DNA of 64,000 bases, taken from a virus. Where the stretch lies: the IMG/VR virus record IMGVR_UViG_3300046517_000866, positions 11,593 to 75,592 of that record; one strand, written 5' to 3'. The first letter of the stretch is position 1. Every line of letters begins with the position of its first letter. Shown here in pieces: positions 8,577 to 18,887 of the stretch. Under the pieces are notes generated by a model. The model was not told where the DNA came from, searched no databases, and saw nothing but the letters and a program-made list of their open reading frames with translations. The position numbers and the translations under genes are program-made.

Positions 8577-11240
8577 ATGGGCTTCGCAGGTCTTCCGCCG
8601 ACAGAAAAACTCCCGATCAGCTCCCTACAAGGCATCTCCTTTGCGACATTGCACAAGATGCAATGCCAGATTTGTCCACTCAATCACGCCAAGCACCCAA
8701 AGCATCCACATCAAAAGCCTTGGGGTGCCACAAATCCAATAGTCTACATGTTGGGCGACGCACCAAGTGAGGTCGAGGATCGAAATGGCAAACCGTTCCA
8801 ATCCAGCGCTGGCAAACTCATACGTGAGCGCATTCCAGACAAGTACGCGTCTGCCGTTAGATGGAACAACGCCACTCGAACAATGCCAGCAAAGGCCATA
8901 ACTAAAGACCCTAATACTTGGCCGTCACAAATCGTCATCGAGTGTTGTCGTCCATCAATAGTCCAAGATATTGAAGCCTCTAAACCCGAAGTCATTTTCG
9001 GATTTGGTCCTGTAGTATTACAATGGGCAATCCAGCAAACGGGTTTGGCAAAATGGAACGGGCGGCGTGTGCCGATCAAGGTGGGAAATCACAAGTGCTG
9101 GTTTTATCCCATGCATCACCCAAGGGACGTGATTGCAGGGCGTCGTGTGTTCAAGGATGGCAACAAGTACAAACCGCGAGGATTGAATGACTACGGCTCC
9201 GAACAAGAGTTCTGTTTCGCCCTTGATCTGAAAAATGCTTTCAATGAACTAGACAGTTTGCCGGAACCTATTATCCACACGTCAGAATTTGCCAACAAGA
9301 ACTGTGAGTATCGAACAGGCTCGAACGGATGGAAAGACGTTGAGTGGGTTCAGAACAGATTGCGAGAATTGTATGATGAACCAATCGTTGGCATGGACTA
9401 CGAAACGAACAGATTGCGCCCATATGAGGACGGCGCCAAACTTCTGACCGTTGCCCTGTCATCAGCCCGAGGAACGTTTGCATTTCCCTTCGAACACAAA
9501 CAAGCAAAGTGGACCGAGGAACAGCTTGATAGAGTTTACACGTACTTCATTAATTTCTTGCACAAAGCAAACTGCCGAAAGGTAGTTCACCAATTGGCGT
9601 TTGAAATGGAGTGGTCGGCTGTCTTTTTTGGCAAGTCAATACTACGCTGCAAGCCATGGGGCGACTCCGTTACTCAAGCATTTGTGCTTGACGAGCGTAT
9701 GAAGATGGGGAAGCCTGATGCATTATCGCTGGAGTTCCTAACTGTCCAATACTTCGGCCTCAATCTAAAACACCTGTCCGATATTGATCGCTTAGACCTG
9801 GACAACGAGCCATTGGATCAAGTCCTGACCTACAATAATCTGGACGCCAAATACCATCGGTTACTGTACATTGAACAAGCAGCACGGATCAAAAAGGAAG
9901 ACCTGCTGACTGTATATCACAACCAACTACATCGTGTTCCCACAATGGTTCTCACGCAAATGAAGGGATTGCCTGTTGATCAGGTCCGCGTTATGGAGTT
10001 CAAAAAGTTCTATGAAAGCATAATCAGTAGAGTTGAAGAAGAGATTGCTGACCAACCCATAATTGCACAGTACAAAAGCCTGAAAGGGGCAAAGTTTCGT
10101 CCCTCGGCAAATGAAGATGTACTTTTCCTTGTCCGCAAGGTCATCAAACAAGGTATCAAGAACGTTGACGAAAAGTCACTAGCAGACGTTCATCATCCAG
10201 TAATTCCACTACTGATCGAGCACCGCAAGGCATCCAAAAACCTTTCCACCTATGTCAAACCTGTGATGCCCGGAAGTCCCTGCTTGTTTCCAGATGGAAA
10301 ATTGCACCCGATCATTTCCACAACACGCACTAGGACCTCGCGAACAGCATCGGACAGTCCCAATGTCCAGAACTGGCCGAAGCGAAAGAACAAAAAGATA
10401 CGCTCACAAATCAGGGGCAAACTCAATCAGAAAATTGTGTCCTTTGACTATGGACAAATCCAGGCACGCAATGTGGCAATGGAGTCACTAGATAAGGCAT
10501 TAGTCAAAGCATTCTGGGATCGGTATGATATTCACGCGGATTGGGTCGAGCGGATCGTCAAAAAATACCCAGCATGGGTGCCGGGCGGCGTCAAGTTCCT
10601 AAAGGACCCCGATGTTTTCAAGGCACTCCGCAACAAGGCCAAAAATGAGTTCGTGTTTCCTTCATTCTTTGGTGCACAAGCGAAGTCACTGTCCAGATAT
10701 TTAGGCGTTCCTGTAGAAATAACTGAAAGACTGCATGATGACTTTTGGGAAATGTTTCCCGAGATCAAGGACTGGCAAAAAGGACTGATCAAAACGTACT
10801 TCAAAACGGGATACGTCACAGGGTTATCAGGATTTCGCCGTCGCGCGCCAATTTCCCCAAATGAATTGATCAATGCACCAATTCAAGCGGACGAGTGCTT
10901 GATCGTATGCGATGCAATGACACGATTGTCAAAGTACGATGAACCACGTTTCCAAGCATCGATGGAAATTCACGATGACTTGACCTTCATTTGGGAGCAA
11001 CAGGAAATCGAGAAAAACGCAGAAGTTGCGATCCGAGAAATGCTGACATGCCCCTATGACTGGATCAATGTTCCAATCGTAGTTGAAATGTCGATTGGTG
11101 ACGATTGGTCCAACGGTAAAGAAGTTGCACATTTTGCTTCGGACTTATGGGAAGGCAAAGACCCGTTCAAGGGAACGTGGGCAGATGGTACAGGTTGGGC
11201 AAACGCTAAGGGGATGGAAAAGGCACGGGGTAGCAAATGA
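8577..11240 (+). CDS. Family A DNA polymerase with N-terminal uracil-DNA-glycosylase (family 4)-like domain and 3'-5' exonuclease
   Basis: CQICPL...GDAPSEVED..GKPF...AG and HP (UDG4-like); MDYET and YNNLDA (exonuclease); PNVQNWP, DYGQIQAR, NAPIQ and IHDDL (PolA). Confidence 0.9.
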   Translation: MGFAGLPPTEKLPISSLQGISFATLHKMQCQICPLNHAKHPKHPHQKPWGATNPIVYMLGDAPSEVEDRNGKPFQSSAGKLIRERIPDKYASAVRWNNATRTMPAKAITKDPNTWPSQIVIECCRPSIVQDIEASKPEVIFGFGPVVLQWAIQQTGLAKWNGRRVPIKVGNHKCWFYPMHHPRDVIAGRRVFKDGNKYKPRGLNDYGSEQEFCFALDLKNAFNELDSLPEPIIHTSEFANKNCEYRTGSNGWKDVEWVQNRLRELYDEPIVGMDYETNRLRPYEDGAKLLTVALSSARGTFAFPFEHKQAKWTEEQLDRVYTYFINFLHKANCRKVVHQLAFEMEWSAVFFGKSILRCKPWGDSVTQAFVLDERMKMGKPDALSLEFLTVQYFGLNLKHLSDIDRLDLDNEPLDQVLTYNNLDAKYHRLLYIEQAARIKKEDLLTVYHNQLHRVPTMVLTQMKGLPVDQVRVMEFKKFYESIISRVEEEIADQPIIAQYKSLKGAKFRPSANEDVLFLVRKVIKQGIKNVDEKSLADVHHPVIPLLIEHRKASKNLSTYVKPVMPGSPCLFPDGKLHPIISTTRTRTSRTASDSPNVQNWPKRKNKKIRSQIRGKLNQKIVSFDYGQIQARNVAMESLDKALVKAFWDRYDIHADWVERIVKKYPAWVPGGVKFLKDPDVFKALRNKAKNEFVFPSFFGAQAKSLSRYLGVPVEITERLHDDFWEMFPEIKDWQKGLIKTYFKTGYVTGLSGFRRRAPISPNELINAPIQADECLIVCDAMTRLSKYDEPRFQASMEIHDDLTFIWEQQEIEKNAEVAIREMLTCPYDWINVPIVVEMSIGDDWSNGKEVAHFASDLWEGKDPFKGTWADGTGWANAKGMEKARGSK

Positions 11241-11393
11241 ACTCTGTAATACCATGCAAACGTGGGTCCAAATGTAGTTGGCCGTCTTGCAGTCTACACT
11301 GTGACGGTCGACCAGGATTGGACCCTCCGTTAGAGCACATCATTGATTGGATGGTTTATCGGGTATGTCATCTAAGACAAAAGGAAGTCAGAA

Positions 11394-12320
11394 ATGAGTC
11401 TTTACAACAAGTACCGTCCAAAGACCTTCAAAGGGGTAATCGGACAAAACGCAGCAATCCGTAGTTTAGAAAAGGCATTGGAAGGAGATACCCAACAATT
11501 CCTTTTCAGCGGACCATCAGGAACGGGCAAAACAACACTCGCCAGGATTGCCGCACGCACTCTGCCTTGTGAGCCACATGATATACTAGAGATTTCGGGT
11601 GCCAAATACACAGGCATCGATGACATGAAACGGATCATGGATGGTTTAGCGTGCAAACCATTCGGTGGAGGCAAGTTCAAGGCAGTCGTTCTTGACGAGT
11701 GCCACATGTTGTCCAAATCCGCTTGGAACTCCCTTTTGAAGGACGTGGAGGAACCACCGAAACATGTCTACTGGTTCTTTTGCACTACAGAACTGGCAAA
11801 GGTTCCCAAGACCATCAAGACACGATGCCTTGCATTCGACCTCAAATCAGTCAGCGAAAAGGACTTGGCAGCACTGGTCAAGTACGTTGCAGACAAAGAG
11901 GCAATCAAACTGCCTGCGGACGTCAGCGACATGATATGCACAGAAGCCATGGGGTCACCCAGACAGGCACTCGTCAATCTGGAAGCATGCCGCGAGGCAA
12001 AGGACAAAAAGGAAGCCGCAACTCTGCTGAAAGTGGCGCTGGAAGGTGACTCCATTCGTGAACTATGCCAGTTCCTACTCAAGGGTGGGTCTTGGATGAA
12101 GTGTGCGGGAATACTGGCGAAGTTGGCGGAAGAAAACCCTGAGTCCATACGTATTGTCGTTTGCAACTACATGGCTGCCGTCATCAGGAATGCGCGAAGT
12201 GACAAAGACGCTTGCTCAACCTTGTCAATACTCCAAGCATTTTCCACACCCTACAATGCCGCCGAACAAATGGCACCATTGTACTTGTCTGTGGGTCAAG
12301 TCTTATTCAGGTCTGAATAA
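11394..12320 (+). CDS. Clamp loader AAA+ subunit (DnaX gamma/tau-like)
   Basis: LYNKYRPKTF..VIGQ, Walker A GPSGTGKTT, LDECH, EEPP and TRC motifs. Confidence 0.92.
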   Translation: MSLYNKYRPKTFKGVIGQNAAIRSLEKALEGDTQQFLFSGPSGTGKTTLARIAARTLPCEPHDILEISGAKYTGIDDMKRIMDGLACKPFGGGKFKAVVLDECHMLSKSAWNSLLKDVEEPPKHVYWFFCTTELAKVPKTIKTRCLAFDLKSVSEKDLAALVKYVADKEAIKLPADVSDMICTEAMGSPRQALVNLEACREAKDKKEAATLLKVALEGDSIRELCQFLLKGGSWMKCAGILAKLAEENPESIRIVVCNYMAAVIRNARSDKDACSTLSILQAFSTPYNAAEQMAPLYLSVGQVLFRSE

Positions 12321-12353
12321 TCCACAGTATGTATCAATAGGAGGACCCTTGAT

Positions 12354-12662
12354 ATGACCTATAAAGCAATAGGTATTCCCGTTTCGGACTACGAACGGGA
12401 GCTGTTGATCATTCTAATGGAAGAGTGTGCTGAGGTTATTCAGGCGTCATCAAAATTATTACGTTTTGGCAGGGGCGACAAATACGATGATGGGATCGAA
12501 AACACTGTAAAATTAGGACTGGAAATTGGTGACCTAGAGTATATGGTCACTATGATAATAAAAGCAGGACTAGTAGCGGAGTGCGACATTGACAATGGCG
12601 CAAAACAGAAGTGTGAACGCCTGCTAATGTATCTACAGACACAACAAGGAACCAGCAAATGA
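12354..12662 (+). CDS. MazG-like NTP pyrophosphohydrolase
   Basis: MEECAEVIQA.SK..R and EIGDL motifs. Confidence 0.75.
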   Translation: MTYKAIGIPVSDYERELLIILMEECAEVIQASSKLLRFGRGDKYDDGIENTVKLGLEIGDLEYMVTMIIKAGLVAECDIDNGAKQKCERLLMYLQTQQGTSK

Positions 12663-13213
12663 CACAAGGAAGGATAATACCCGAAAAGTTTACCAAGAAG
12701 TCGTCTGAAATGGAAGACTTCGCGGACGAACTCGAGCAATTGCAAGAAGGTCTTGCAATCGACAAGAATGACCTTGACGAGTGTGCCATTCAACACGGCG
12801 AACTCATGTATGCTGTGTCGTCGCGTCTGGAAATGGAAATTTCACGGCGCGATGCAGCAGAACAAGAGTCAAAAGAAACTGCTGCTACCATCGACTCTGA
12901 ATTGCGAGAACACGCCGCAAAGCAGCAAGTCAAGACAACGGAAAACGAGATCAAAGCGCAAATCCTGACCCATGGCCGCGTGATCGAAGCGCAAGCCAAG
13001 TACAATCGTCTGGCGTATAAGGTCGGGCAATTGACGGCACTGCGCGATGCATACAAGGCACGGGGGTATGCTTTGTCACAACTCGTTGACTTGTTTGTCG
13101 CCGGATACTTCGACAAGGCAGGTCAGGCATCATCGACAAACAAATTGCGGGACCGCCATGCCGCCGAAAACCGAGAAAGAATGCACGAGGAACGCCAACG
13201 TCGGCAACGTTGA
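12659..13213 (+). CDS. Helical protein, possible UvsY-like recombination mediator
   Basis: LAIDKNDLDE and TTENEIKAQI pattern; lies upstream of SSB and RecA. Confidence 0.45.
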   Translation: MTQGRIIPEKFTKKSSEMEDFADELEQLQEGLAIDKNDLDECAIQHGELMYAVSSRLEMEISRRDAAEQESKETAATIDSELREHAAKQQVKTTENEIKAQILTHGRVIEAQAKYNRLAYKVGQLTALRDAYKARGYALSQLVDLFVAGYFDKAGQASSTNKLRDRHAAENRERMHEERQRRQR

Positions 13214-13399
13214 TTTAGCAAGGCTATAGGAGGTAAAGCCACATGAGCCTACTGCTTGAAGTATTTTGGTTTCTTATCACTTTGACGTACGGAATAATAC
13301 TACTGTACGTCGTAGCGTTCTGCCTTTTGGCGGAATACTTCAAGCGGAAACTGAACCACCACTTGTCTGTCTTGAAATCGGTAGAAAACAGGAGTGACT

Positions 13400-14623
13400 A
13401 TGATCAATAGGATAAAGTCAACGAAGAAGCCTGAACTGAAGGGGAAGAAATCAGGGTTCCGATACATTCCCCGTGATCCGGGTGTTTTGAAACAGCGCGC
13501 CGAACAAAAAGGGGGCCGCTTCGACTCACCATTCAAACCAAACTTCGATACCTGGCGTCCCAAGCAGGGCCAGAATTGCATTCGTATTTTGCCGCCGACG
13601 TGGGATGACGCGAAGCACTACGCCTACGATATCTGGGTCCATCGGTTCATCGGCGCGGACAACTCAAACTATATGTGTCCGCAGAAAATGAAGCAGAAAT
13701 TCTGCCCGATCTGCAAGGCGGCAAATGAAGCGGCTGCCGCAGGAGAAAAGGACGAGGCCAAGGAACTCAGCGCCGCTCTGTTATGTGTCGTCTGGATTGT
13801 CGACCGCGATGACGATGAACTAAAACCCGCCATCTACACAATGTCTGCAACTATGGAACGGGACATTTGCGGGCTGGCACGCAACGAACGGACCGGCAAA
13901 ACGCTTTCGATCGATCAACCAGACACTGGGTATGACGTGTTCTTGAAGCGATCGGGACAGGGTATCAAGACACGGTACAACGGTATCGCCATTGATCGGG
14001 ACCCAACTCCCATTTCCGAAGATGAAGCCTTGCAAGGGGAAATCCTCGACTTCATTTCGGAAAATCCGATCCCATCAACCTTCCACTATTACTCAGCGGA
14101 ACACATGGAAGCAGCGATGCTGGGTTCGGTTGAGTCCAATGAAGACGATGACGAGGAAGACACGCCCAAGAAAAAGCGGCGCGAAGAACCCGAAGATGAC
14201 GAAACGGCAGATGATCCACCGCCGAAAAAGAAACGGCGCGAGGAACCGGAAGACGAAACGGCAGATGATGACGAGGCGGCAGATGACGATCCGCCACCGA
14301 AAAAGCGTCGGGCAGAACCGGAGGATGACGACCCGCCACCCAAAAAACGACGCAGGGACGAACCTGAAGACGAGCCCGAGGATGAACCGGAAGACGAAGA
14401 CCCCCCGCCGAAAAAGAAACGTCGGGAAGAGCCAGAAGACGAACCGGCAGATGATGATCCACCCCCTCGAAAGCGTCGCCGGGAAGAGCCTGAAGACGAA
14501 CCCGAGGATGAACCTGCTGACGATGATCCACCCCCTCGAAAACGTCGCCGGGAAGAACCCGAGGATGACGAAGAGGACCCGCCAAAGAAGTCTGTCAGTC
14601 GGGTTGCAGTGAAGCACAGGTAA
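13400..14623 (+). CDS. Single-stranded DNA-binding protein (T4 gp32-like) with long repetitive C-terminal tail
   Basis: IRILPP, H.....C......CPIC zinc motif and D..TGYD; GGAG RBS before the ATG at 13400. Confidence 0.75.
   Translation: MINRIKSTKKPELKGKKSGFRYIPRDPGVLKQRAEQKGGRFDSPFKPNFDTWRPKQGQNCIRILPPTWDDAKHYAYDIWVHRFIGADNSNYMCPQKMKQKFCPICKAANEAAAAGEKDEAKELSAALLCVVWIVDRDDDELKPAIYTMSATMERDICGLARNERTGKTLSIDQPDTGYDVFLKRSGQGIKTRYNGIAIDRDPTPISEDEALQGEILDFISENPIPSTFHYYSAEHMEAAMLGSVESNEDDDEEDTPKKKRREEPEDDETADDPPPKKKRREEPEDETADDDEAADDDPPPKKRRAEPEDDDPPPKKRRRDEPEDEPEDEPEDEDPPPKKKRREEPEDEPADDDPPPRKRRREEPEDEPEDEPADDDPPPRKRRREEPEDDEEDPPKKSVSRVAVKHR
14150..14590 (+). repeat. Coding tandem repeat (D)DPPP[KR]K[KR]R(R)EEPED, about 7 full copies
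   Basis: Directly visible in the translation and as degenerate DNA repeats. Confidence 0.9.
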
Positions 14624-14668
14624 TCGAAAACCTTCGGCCTAAATAAAACATGGGCTCGGCCGAAGGTC

Positions 14669-14712
14669 AGGGTGGGAGTGGAGGCTGCAAATCCATTCCC
14701 ACCCACCTTTTT
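14669..14712 (+). terminator. Hairpin / probable terminator between ssb and recA
   Basis: GGGTGGGAGTGGA...TCCATTCCCACCC followed by ACCTTTTT; a second hairpin CCTTCGGCC...GGCCGAAGG lies just upstream. Confidence 0.5.
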
Positions 14713-14726
14713 AGGGGAGTTTGGAA

Positions 14727-15737
14727 ATGATCGCGCGCGTAAAGATCAAAGCGAAGGAAGACGGGGGCAACTACTTCGCCTCGCCAAAGAAGAACCTAAC
14801 GTTCATTCCATCTGGTTGCACGACGCTCGATTTAGCGTTGGGGGGCGGGTGGGCGACAAACCGCATAGTCAATATCGTAGGCGACAAATCAACCGGCAAA
14901 ACTCTACTATGTATCGAGGCGTCAGCCAACTTCATTCTGACATTTCCCAAAGCATGGGTACGGTACAGGGAGTGTGAGTCAGCATTTGATGTACCATATG
15001 CTGGTGCACTAGGAATGCCGCTGGATCGTGTTGATTTTGGAAGCAATACTATTGAGACTGTAGAAGATTTGTTCAAAGATTTAGTCAAGATCATTGCCAG
15101 CGCCACGACTGAAGAGCTAGTCATAGTTGACTCTCTTGACTCCCTATCAGACGACGCAGAAATGCAACGAGACATGTCGGAAGGTACATATGGTGCCCAA
15201 AAGGCAAAAAACATGTCGCAAATGTTTCGACGCCTTGTGCGTCAACTGGCAAATTCAAAGGTTACTCTTATCATCGTATCACAGGTCCGCGACAAGATTG
15301 GCGCGATGGGGTACGGCAGAAAAACGACACGATCGGGGGGTCGCGCACTCGATTTCTATGCATCACAAGTCGTCTACTTGGCACATATCGAAAAACTCAC
15401 ACGCACGATCCACAATATCAAGCGTGCCACAGGCGTACACATCAAAGCCATGGTTGACAAGAACAAGATCGGACTAGCCTTTCGTGAGTCCGAGTTCAAT
15501 ATCAACTTTGGCTTTGGTATCGATGACGTGACAGCATGTCTGACTTGGCTGAAAGAGGCCAAATACCTCAAGGACGTTGATATCTCCGAAAAGGAAGTCA
15601 AATCGTACCACGAAACCCTCATGAAGGGTTCTCGCGCTGACTATGACAAAGAACTGGCATACTTGCAGCGCGCCGTCAAAAAACGCTGGTATGAATTAGA
15701 AACAAGCTTCTTACCAACGAGGAAAAAATATGGCTAA
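14727..15737 (+). CDS. recA: RecA/UvsX-like recombinase
   Basis: IPSGCTTLDLALGGG, Walker A GDKSTGKT, IVDSL, SQVRDKIG and SGGRALDFYAS motifs. Confidence 0.93.
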   Translation: MIARVKIKAKEDGGNYFASPKKNLTFIPSGCTTLDLALGGGWATNRIVNIVGDKSTGKTLLCIEASANFILTFPKAWVRYRECESAFDVPYAGALGMPLDRVDFGSNTIETVEDLFKDLVKIIASATTEELVIVDSLDSLSDDAEMQRDMSEGTYGAQKAKNMSQMFRRLVRQLANSKVTLIIVSQVRDKIGAMGYGRKTTRSGGRALDFYASQVVYLAHIEKLTRTIHNIKRATGVHIKAMVDKNKIGLAFRESEFNINFGFGIDDVTACLTWLKEAKYLKDVDISEKEVKSYHETLMKGSRADYDKELAYLQRAVKKRWYELETSFLPTRKKYG

Positions 15738-16128
15738 GAACCCACGACGACGCTTAACCGAAGAAGAGATTGAAGCTCTTTTCGAAGAAGCTATGGAACC
15801 TTCCTTTAAGAAGGGCCTTATACTTATTGGTCTAGACAATCGTCTTGACCTGTATAAAGGTATAGTTTTAGGATGGTCAACTGACAAAAAACGAAACAGA
15901 GCAGCCACAGACCTTACAGAAAGGGGCATACAATCATTAGAGCATGGTTGGATTATATACGAGTGTGAAGTCTCCCACGATGGTTGTATTACTCTAACAA
16001 ACTATAAACCCATTAAATACAGTGACTCTTTGAAAAATCGTGTCAATACGCCAGCATTCAAAAATTGCCGACTGACTATGATAGGAGGCATAGGCGGAGG
16101 CTGCCGTAAACTAAACATCAACTTCTAA
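15730..16128 (+). CDS. Hypothetical protein (AT-richer than neighbours)
   Basis: ORF overlapping the recA stop; no motif recognised. Confidence 0.5.
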   Translation: MAKNPRRRLTEEEIEALFEEAMEPSFKKGLILIGLDNRLDLYKGIVLGWSTDKKRNRAATDLTERGIQSLEHGWIIYECEVSHDGCITLTNYKPIKYSDSLKNRVNTPAFKNCRLTMIGGIGGGCRKLNINF

Positions 16129-16143
16129 AAAGGACCAACCAAA

Positions 16144-16368
16144 ATGAGTAACCAAGAAGAACGCGAGGTCGTCATAAACTATACAAACTGGAGAGGCGAA
16201 CGCCGCAACCGCCGCATCCGTCCTGTCAGTCCATACCTAACATTCACAACCAACGAATGGCACAAGGAAGCTTGTTGGATGGTTGTCGCGCGGGACCTGG
16301 ACCTCGATGCTGTCAGATACTTCCCACTAAAAAGCATCCATCACTGGGAAGAGAGGATACCGAGATGA
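16144..16368 (+). CDS. Small WYL-domain-like protein
   Basis: YTNWRGE...R.IRP...W...A.DLD..AVRYF.LKSI pattern. Confidence 0.7.
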   Translation: MSNQEEREVVINYTNWRGERRNRRIRPVSPYLTFTTNEWHKEACWMVVARDLDLDAVRYFPLKSIHHWEERIPR

Positions 16369-16889
16369 AATCAGGTGGAGGCAAAGCAAAAGGCGCTGCA
16401 TTCGAACGCAAGGTGTGCCAGGAATTATCCTTGTGGATTTCAGGTGGCAAACACAAAGATTTGTACTGGCGTTCTGCCATGTCAGGGGGCCGTGCAACAG
16501 TTGCACGAAAGAGGGGCACAGCACTGGCACGACAAGCCGGCGATATCACAGCCACAGCACCCGAGGGTCACAAACTCACCGACTTTTTCTATATCGAGTG
16601 CAAGCACGTCCGCAGTTTGAAAATTGATCGGTTCATCATTGAAGGGACCGGACCCCTCGCACAGTTCTGGCACACAACATGTAAAGAAGCTAAGGCACAC
16701 AATCGACAACCCATGCTGATTGCAAAGCAAAACGGACTTTCAATTATTGTGGTAACCAAAAGCAATGACCTATACACATTTTCAAAAAAGATAACCGACT
16801 CTATGCATACTGTTGCAGACGTAGCGACTTCTCCCGCATCACGAATTTGTCTGTACTCCGACATGCTAACCAAAAGGATGCCTCGATAA
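16365..16889 (+). CDS. Holliday junction resolvase (PD-(D/E)xK, Hjc-like)
   Basis: KAKGAAFERKV...GDI...IECK; ATG at 16365 overlaps the upstream TGA. Confidence 0.8.
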   Translation: MKSGGGKAKGAAFERKVCQELSLWISGGKHKDLYWRSAMSGGRATVARKRGTALARQAGDITATAPEGHKLTDFFYIECKHVRSLKIDRFIIEGTGPLAQFWHTTCKEAKAHNRQPMLIAKQNGLSIIVVTKSNDLYTFSKKITDSMHTVADVATSPASRICLYSDMLTKRMPR

Positions 16890-17521
16890 TGCACCAAGCC
16901 GCAATCTTCGATCTTGACGGCACAATTGCCGACCTTACCCATCGCCGCCCACTCCTGGACGGACCAAAGCCTAAGTGGCCGGAGTTTTCCGACCTTTGTT
17001 GGGCAGACAAACCACACCATCACGTCATCAACTTGTGCAACATCATCGCAGCACACTACACAGTTTTCATTTGTACTGGCAGAATGGAAACCCATCGAGA
17101 GATGACGGAGGATTGGTTACGCCAGCATAAAGTACGCTACCACTCAATGCATATGCGGGCTACAGGCGACTATCGGAAAGACGAAATCGTCAAGTTAGAA
17201 ATGCTGAAGCACATACGCGGTGGCGGGTACCAAGTTGAGTTTGCCGTTGATGATCGACCAACCGTTGTGAAAATGTGGCGTGCAAACGGGGTACCCTGCT
17301 TTGTCTGTGATGACACAGAGTGGATCATCGCCAAGCATGCAACCATCGAGGCTGTTCGCAAGGACCTGATGGATCGCTCCAACGCCGGGTTCCGCAAGTT
17401 TGTCAAAGACGAAAAGAACTTTGACATTCGTATGAGTCTAGAAAAGACCTACGAAGAAACCCTCGAAAATGCCTGTGCGTTGCGCGCCGCAATCAACGCG
17501 TTACCGGCAGAAACAAAATGA
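16889..17521 (+). CDS. HAD phosphatase (T4 PNK/PseT 3'-phosphatase-like)
   Basis: IFDLDGTIAD, TGR, MR..GDYRKD..VK and VDDR motifs. Confidence 0.88.
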   Translation: MHQAAIFDLDGTIADLTHRRPLLDGPKPKWPEFSDLCWADKPHHHVINLCNIIAAHYTVFICTGRMETHREMTEDWLRQHKVRYHSMHMRATGDYRKDEIVKLEMLKHIRGGGYQVEFAVDDRPTVVKMWRANGVPCFVCDDTEWIIAKHATIEAVRKDLMDRSNAGFRKFVKDEKNFDIRMSLEKTYEETLENACALRAAINALPAETK

Positions 17522-18516
17522 CCGTACTTGTAACCGCTGACCTGCATTTTAGCGACAATCCCCGTGACGCCTATCGCCACGGGTTTCAAGCAACGCTGCA
17601 AGCCATCATCAAAAAGCACAACCCAAACATGCTGTTCATCCTCGGTGACCTGACCGAGGAAAAGGATCACCACGGTGCGAAGCTCGTCAATCAGGTTGTC
17701 AATCACATTGCCGCGCTGGGGCGGATACTCCCTGTTGTGATCTTGCAAGGCAACCATGACTACATCGATATCGCCCACCCGTTCCTCGAGTTTGTTCGAA
17801 ACATCCCAAACGTTTTTTGGATCAATACACCAAAGGCAAGCACCACATATCCGAACTGGTGTGCCCACATCGGGGACTTCCTATTTCTTCCGCACTCTAC
17901 CAACTACAAGCGCGACTGGCATTATCTAGGGGACTTCACAAAATACAACTGGATTTTTACCCACAACTCATTCGATGGCGCAGACATGGGTCATGGTCAG
18001 CGTGCTTCAGGAATACCAACAACTGTAATGCAGGGTGCTCGAGTTATTTCCGGCGACATTCACATCCCGCAAAAGTTCACCAACATTACCTATGTCGGTG
18101 CCCCCTATACTGTTGACTTCGGGGATAATTATGAACCACGCCTTTTGCTAGTTCACAAAGACAAATACGAGTCAATCAAGGTCAGCGGTCCCATGAAACG
18201 TCTAGTTGAGATTACTAGCATCGCCGATTTGAAAAACATCAAAACTCACGATGCTGATATAGTCAAAGTTCGCGTCATGCTGGACCCTGCCGAGTACGAT
18301 AAGTGGCCCAACCTCAAGGACAAGATCAATGAGTGGGCGGAAGGGCGAAACGTCTGGGCACAAACGATTACGCCGAAGCTTCTCCAACCTCGTGTAGCAA
18401 AGCGAAAAATAATTCCGGCAGTATCAGACAAACAGCTTTTACAGCAGTATGCAAAAGCGAAGGGTGTTGACGAAAGCACTCTAAAAACAGGACTCGTTCT
18501 TTTGGAGAAACAGTAA
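17518..18516 (+). CDS. SbcD/Mre11-like nuclease
   Basis: ADLH, LGDL, GNHD, TH and GDIH metallophosphoesterase motifs. Confidence 0.88.
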   Translation: MTVLVTADLHFSDNPRDAYRHGFQATLQAIIKKHNPNMLFILGDLTEEKDHHGAKLVNQVVNHIAALGRILPVVILQGNHDYIDIAHPFLEFVRNIPNVFWINTPKASTTYPNWCAHIGDFLFLPHSTNYKRDWHYLGDFTKYNWIFTHNSFDGADMGHGQRASGIPTTVMQGARVISGDIHIPQKFTNITYVGAPYTVDFGDNYEPRLLLVHKDKYESIKVSGPMKRLVEITSIADLKNIKTHDADIVKVRVMLDPAEYDKWPNLKDKINEWAEGRNVWAQTITPKLLQPRVAKRKIIPAVSDKQLLQQYAKAKGVDESTLKTGLVLLEKQ

Positions 18517-18887
18517 TGACAAATAATCGATCACACTTATCAACAACCCAGGTTTTTCGAATTGGCACACTTCTAAAAGAGGGGATGGAGCTAACACTAG
18601 AAGGCAGAGCAATCCGCTACAAAGACGGATGGTATGACATGCGTATCGCCAAAGAAGTTGGTGTAAAGCACACACAAGTTGCACGTGTCCGCCTGCAACT
18701 GTTCGGCACATTTCCGATAAGGACAAAAGGTCCCAGTCATAAACCACTAGGTGTTCAGATGGCAGAACTGGAAGAACGTATTTCAAACTTGGAACGACTT
18801 GCTAATTTCACCGCGGATGACGATGAAGAGTATGGAAAACCCAACCGAACAACTAAACGCTGTTACAAGGACGAAGAGGAAGAGTGA
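18516..18887 (+). CDS. Hypothetical protein, possible HTH
   Basis: DMRIAKEVGV...QVARVR; translationally coupled to neighbours. Confidence 0.45.
   Translation: MTNNRSHLSTTQVFRIGTLLKEGMELTLEGRAIRYKDGWYDMRIAKEVGVKHTQVARVRLQLFGTFPIRTKGPSHKPLGVQMAELEERISNLERLANFTADDDEEYGKPNRTTKRCYKDEEEE

Noticed and set aside
14150-14590. PKKKRR looks like an SV40-type nuclear localisation signal; the DNA repeats could also look CRISPR-like
   Set aside because: Gene content is purely bacteriophage; the repeats are in-frame, degenerate and lack unique spacers, and no cas genes are present
14052-14706. Several long - strand ORFs rich in Ser/Arg/Phe
   Set aside because: Antisense shadows of the SSB tail repeat
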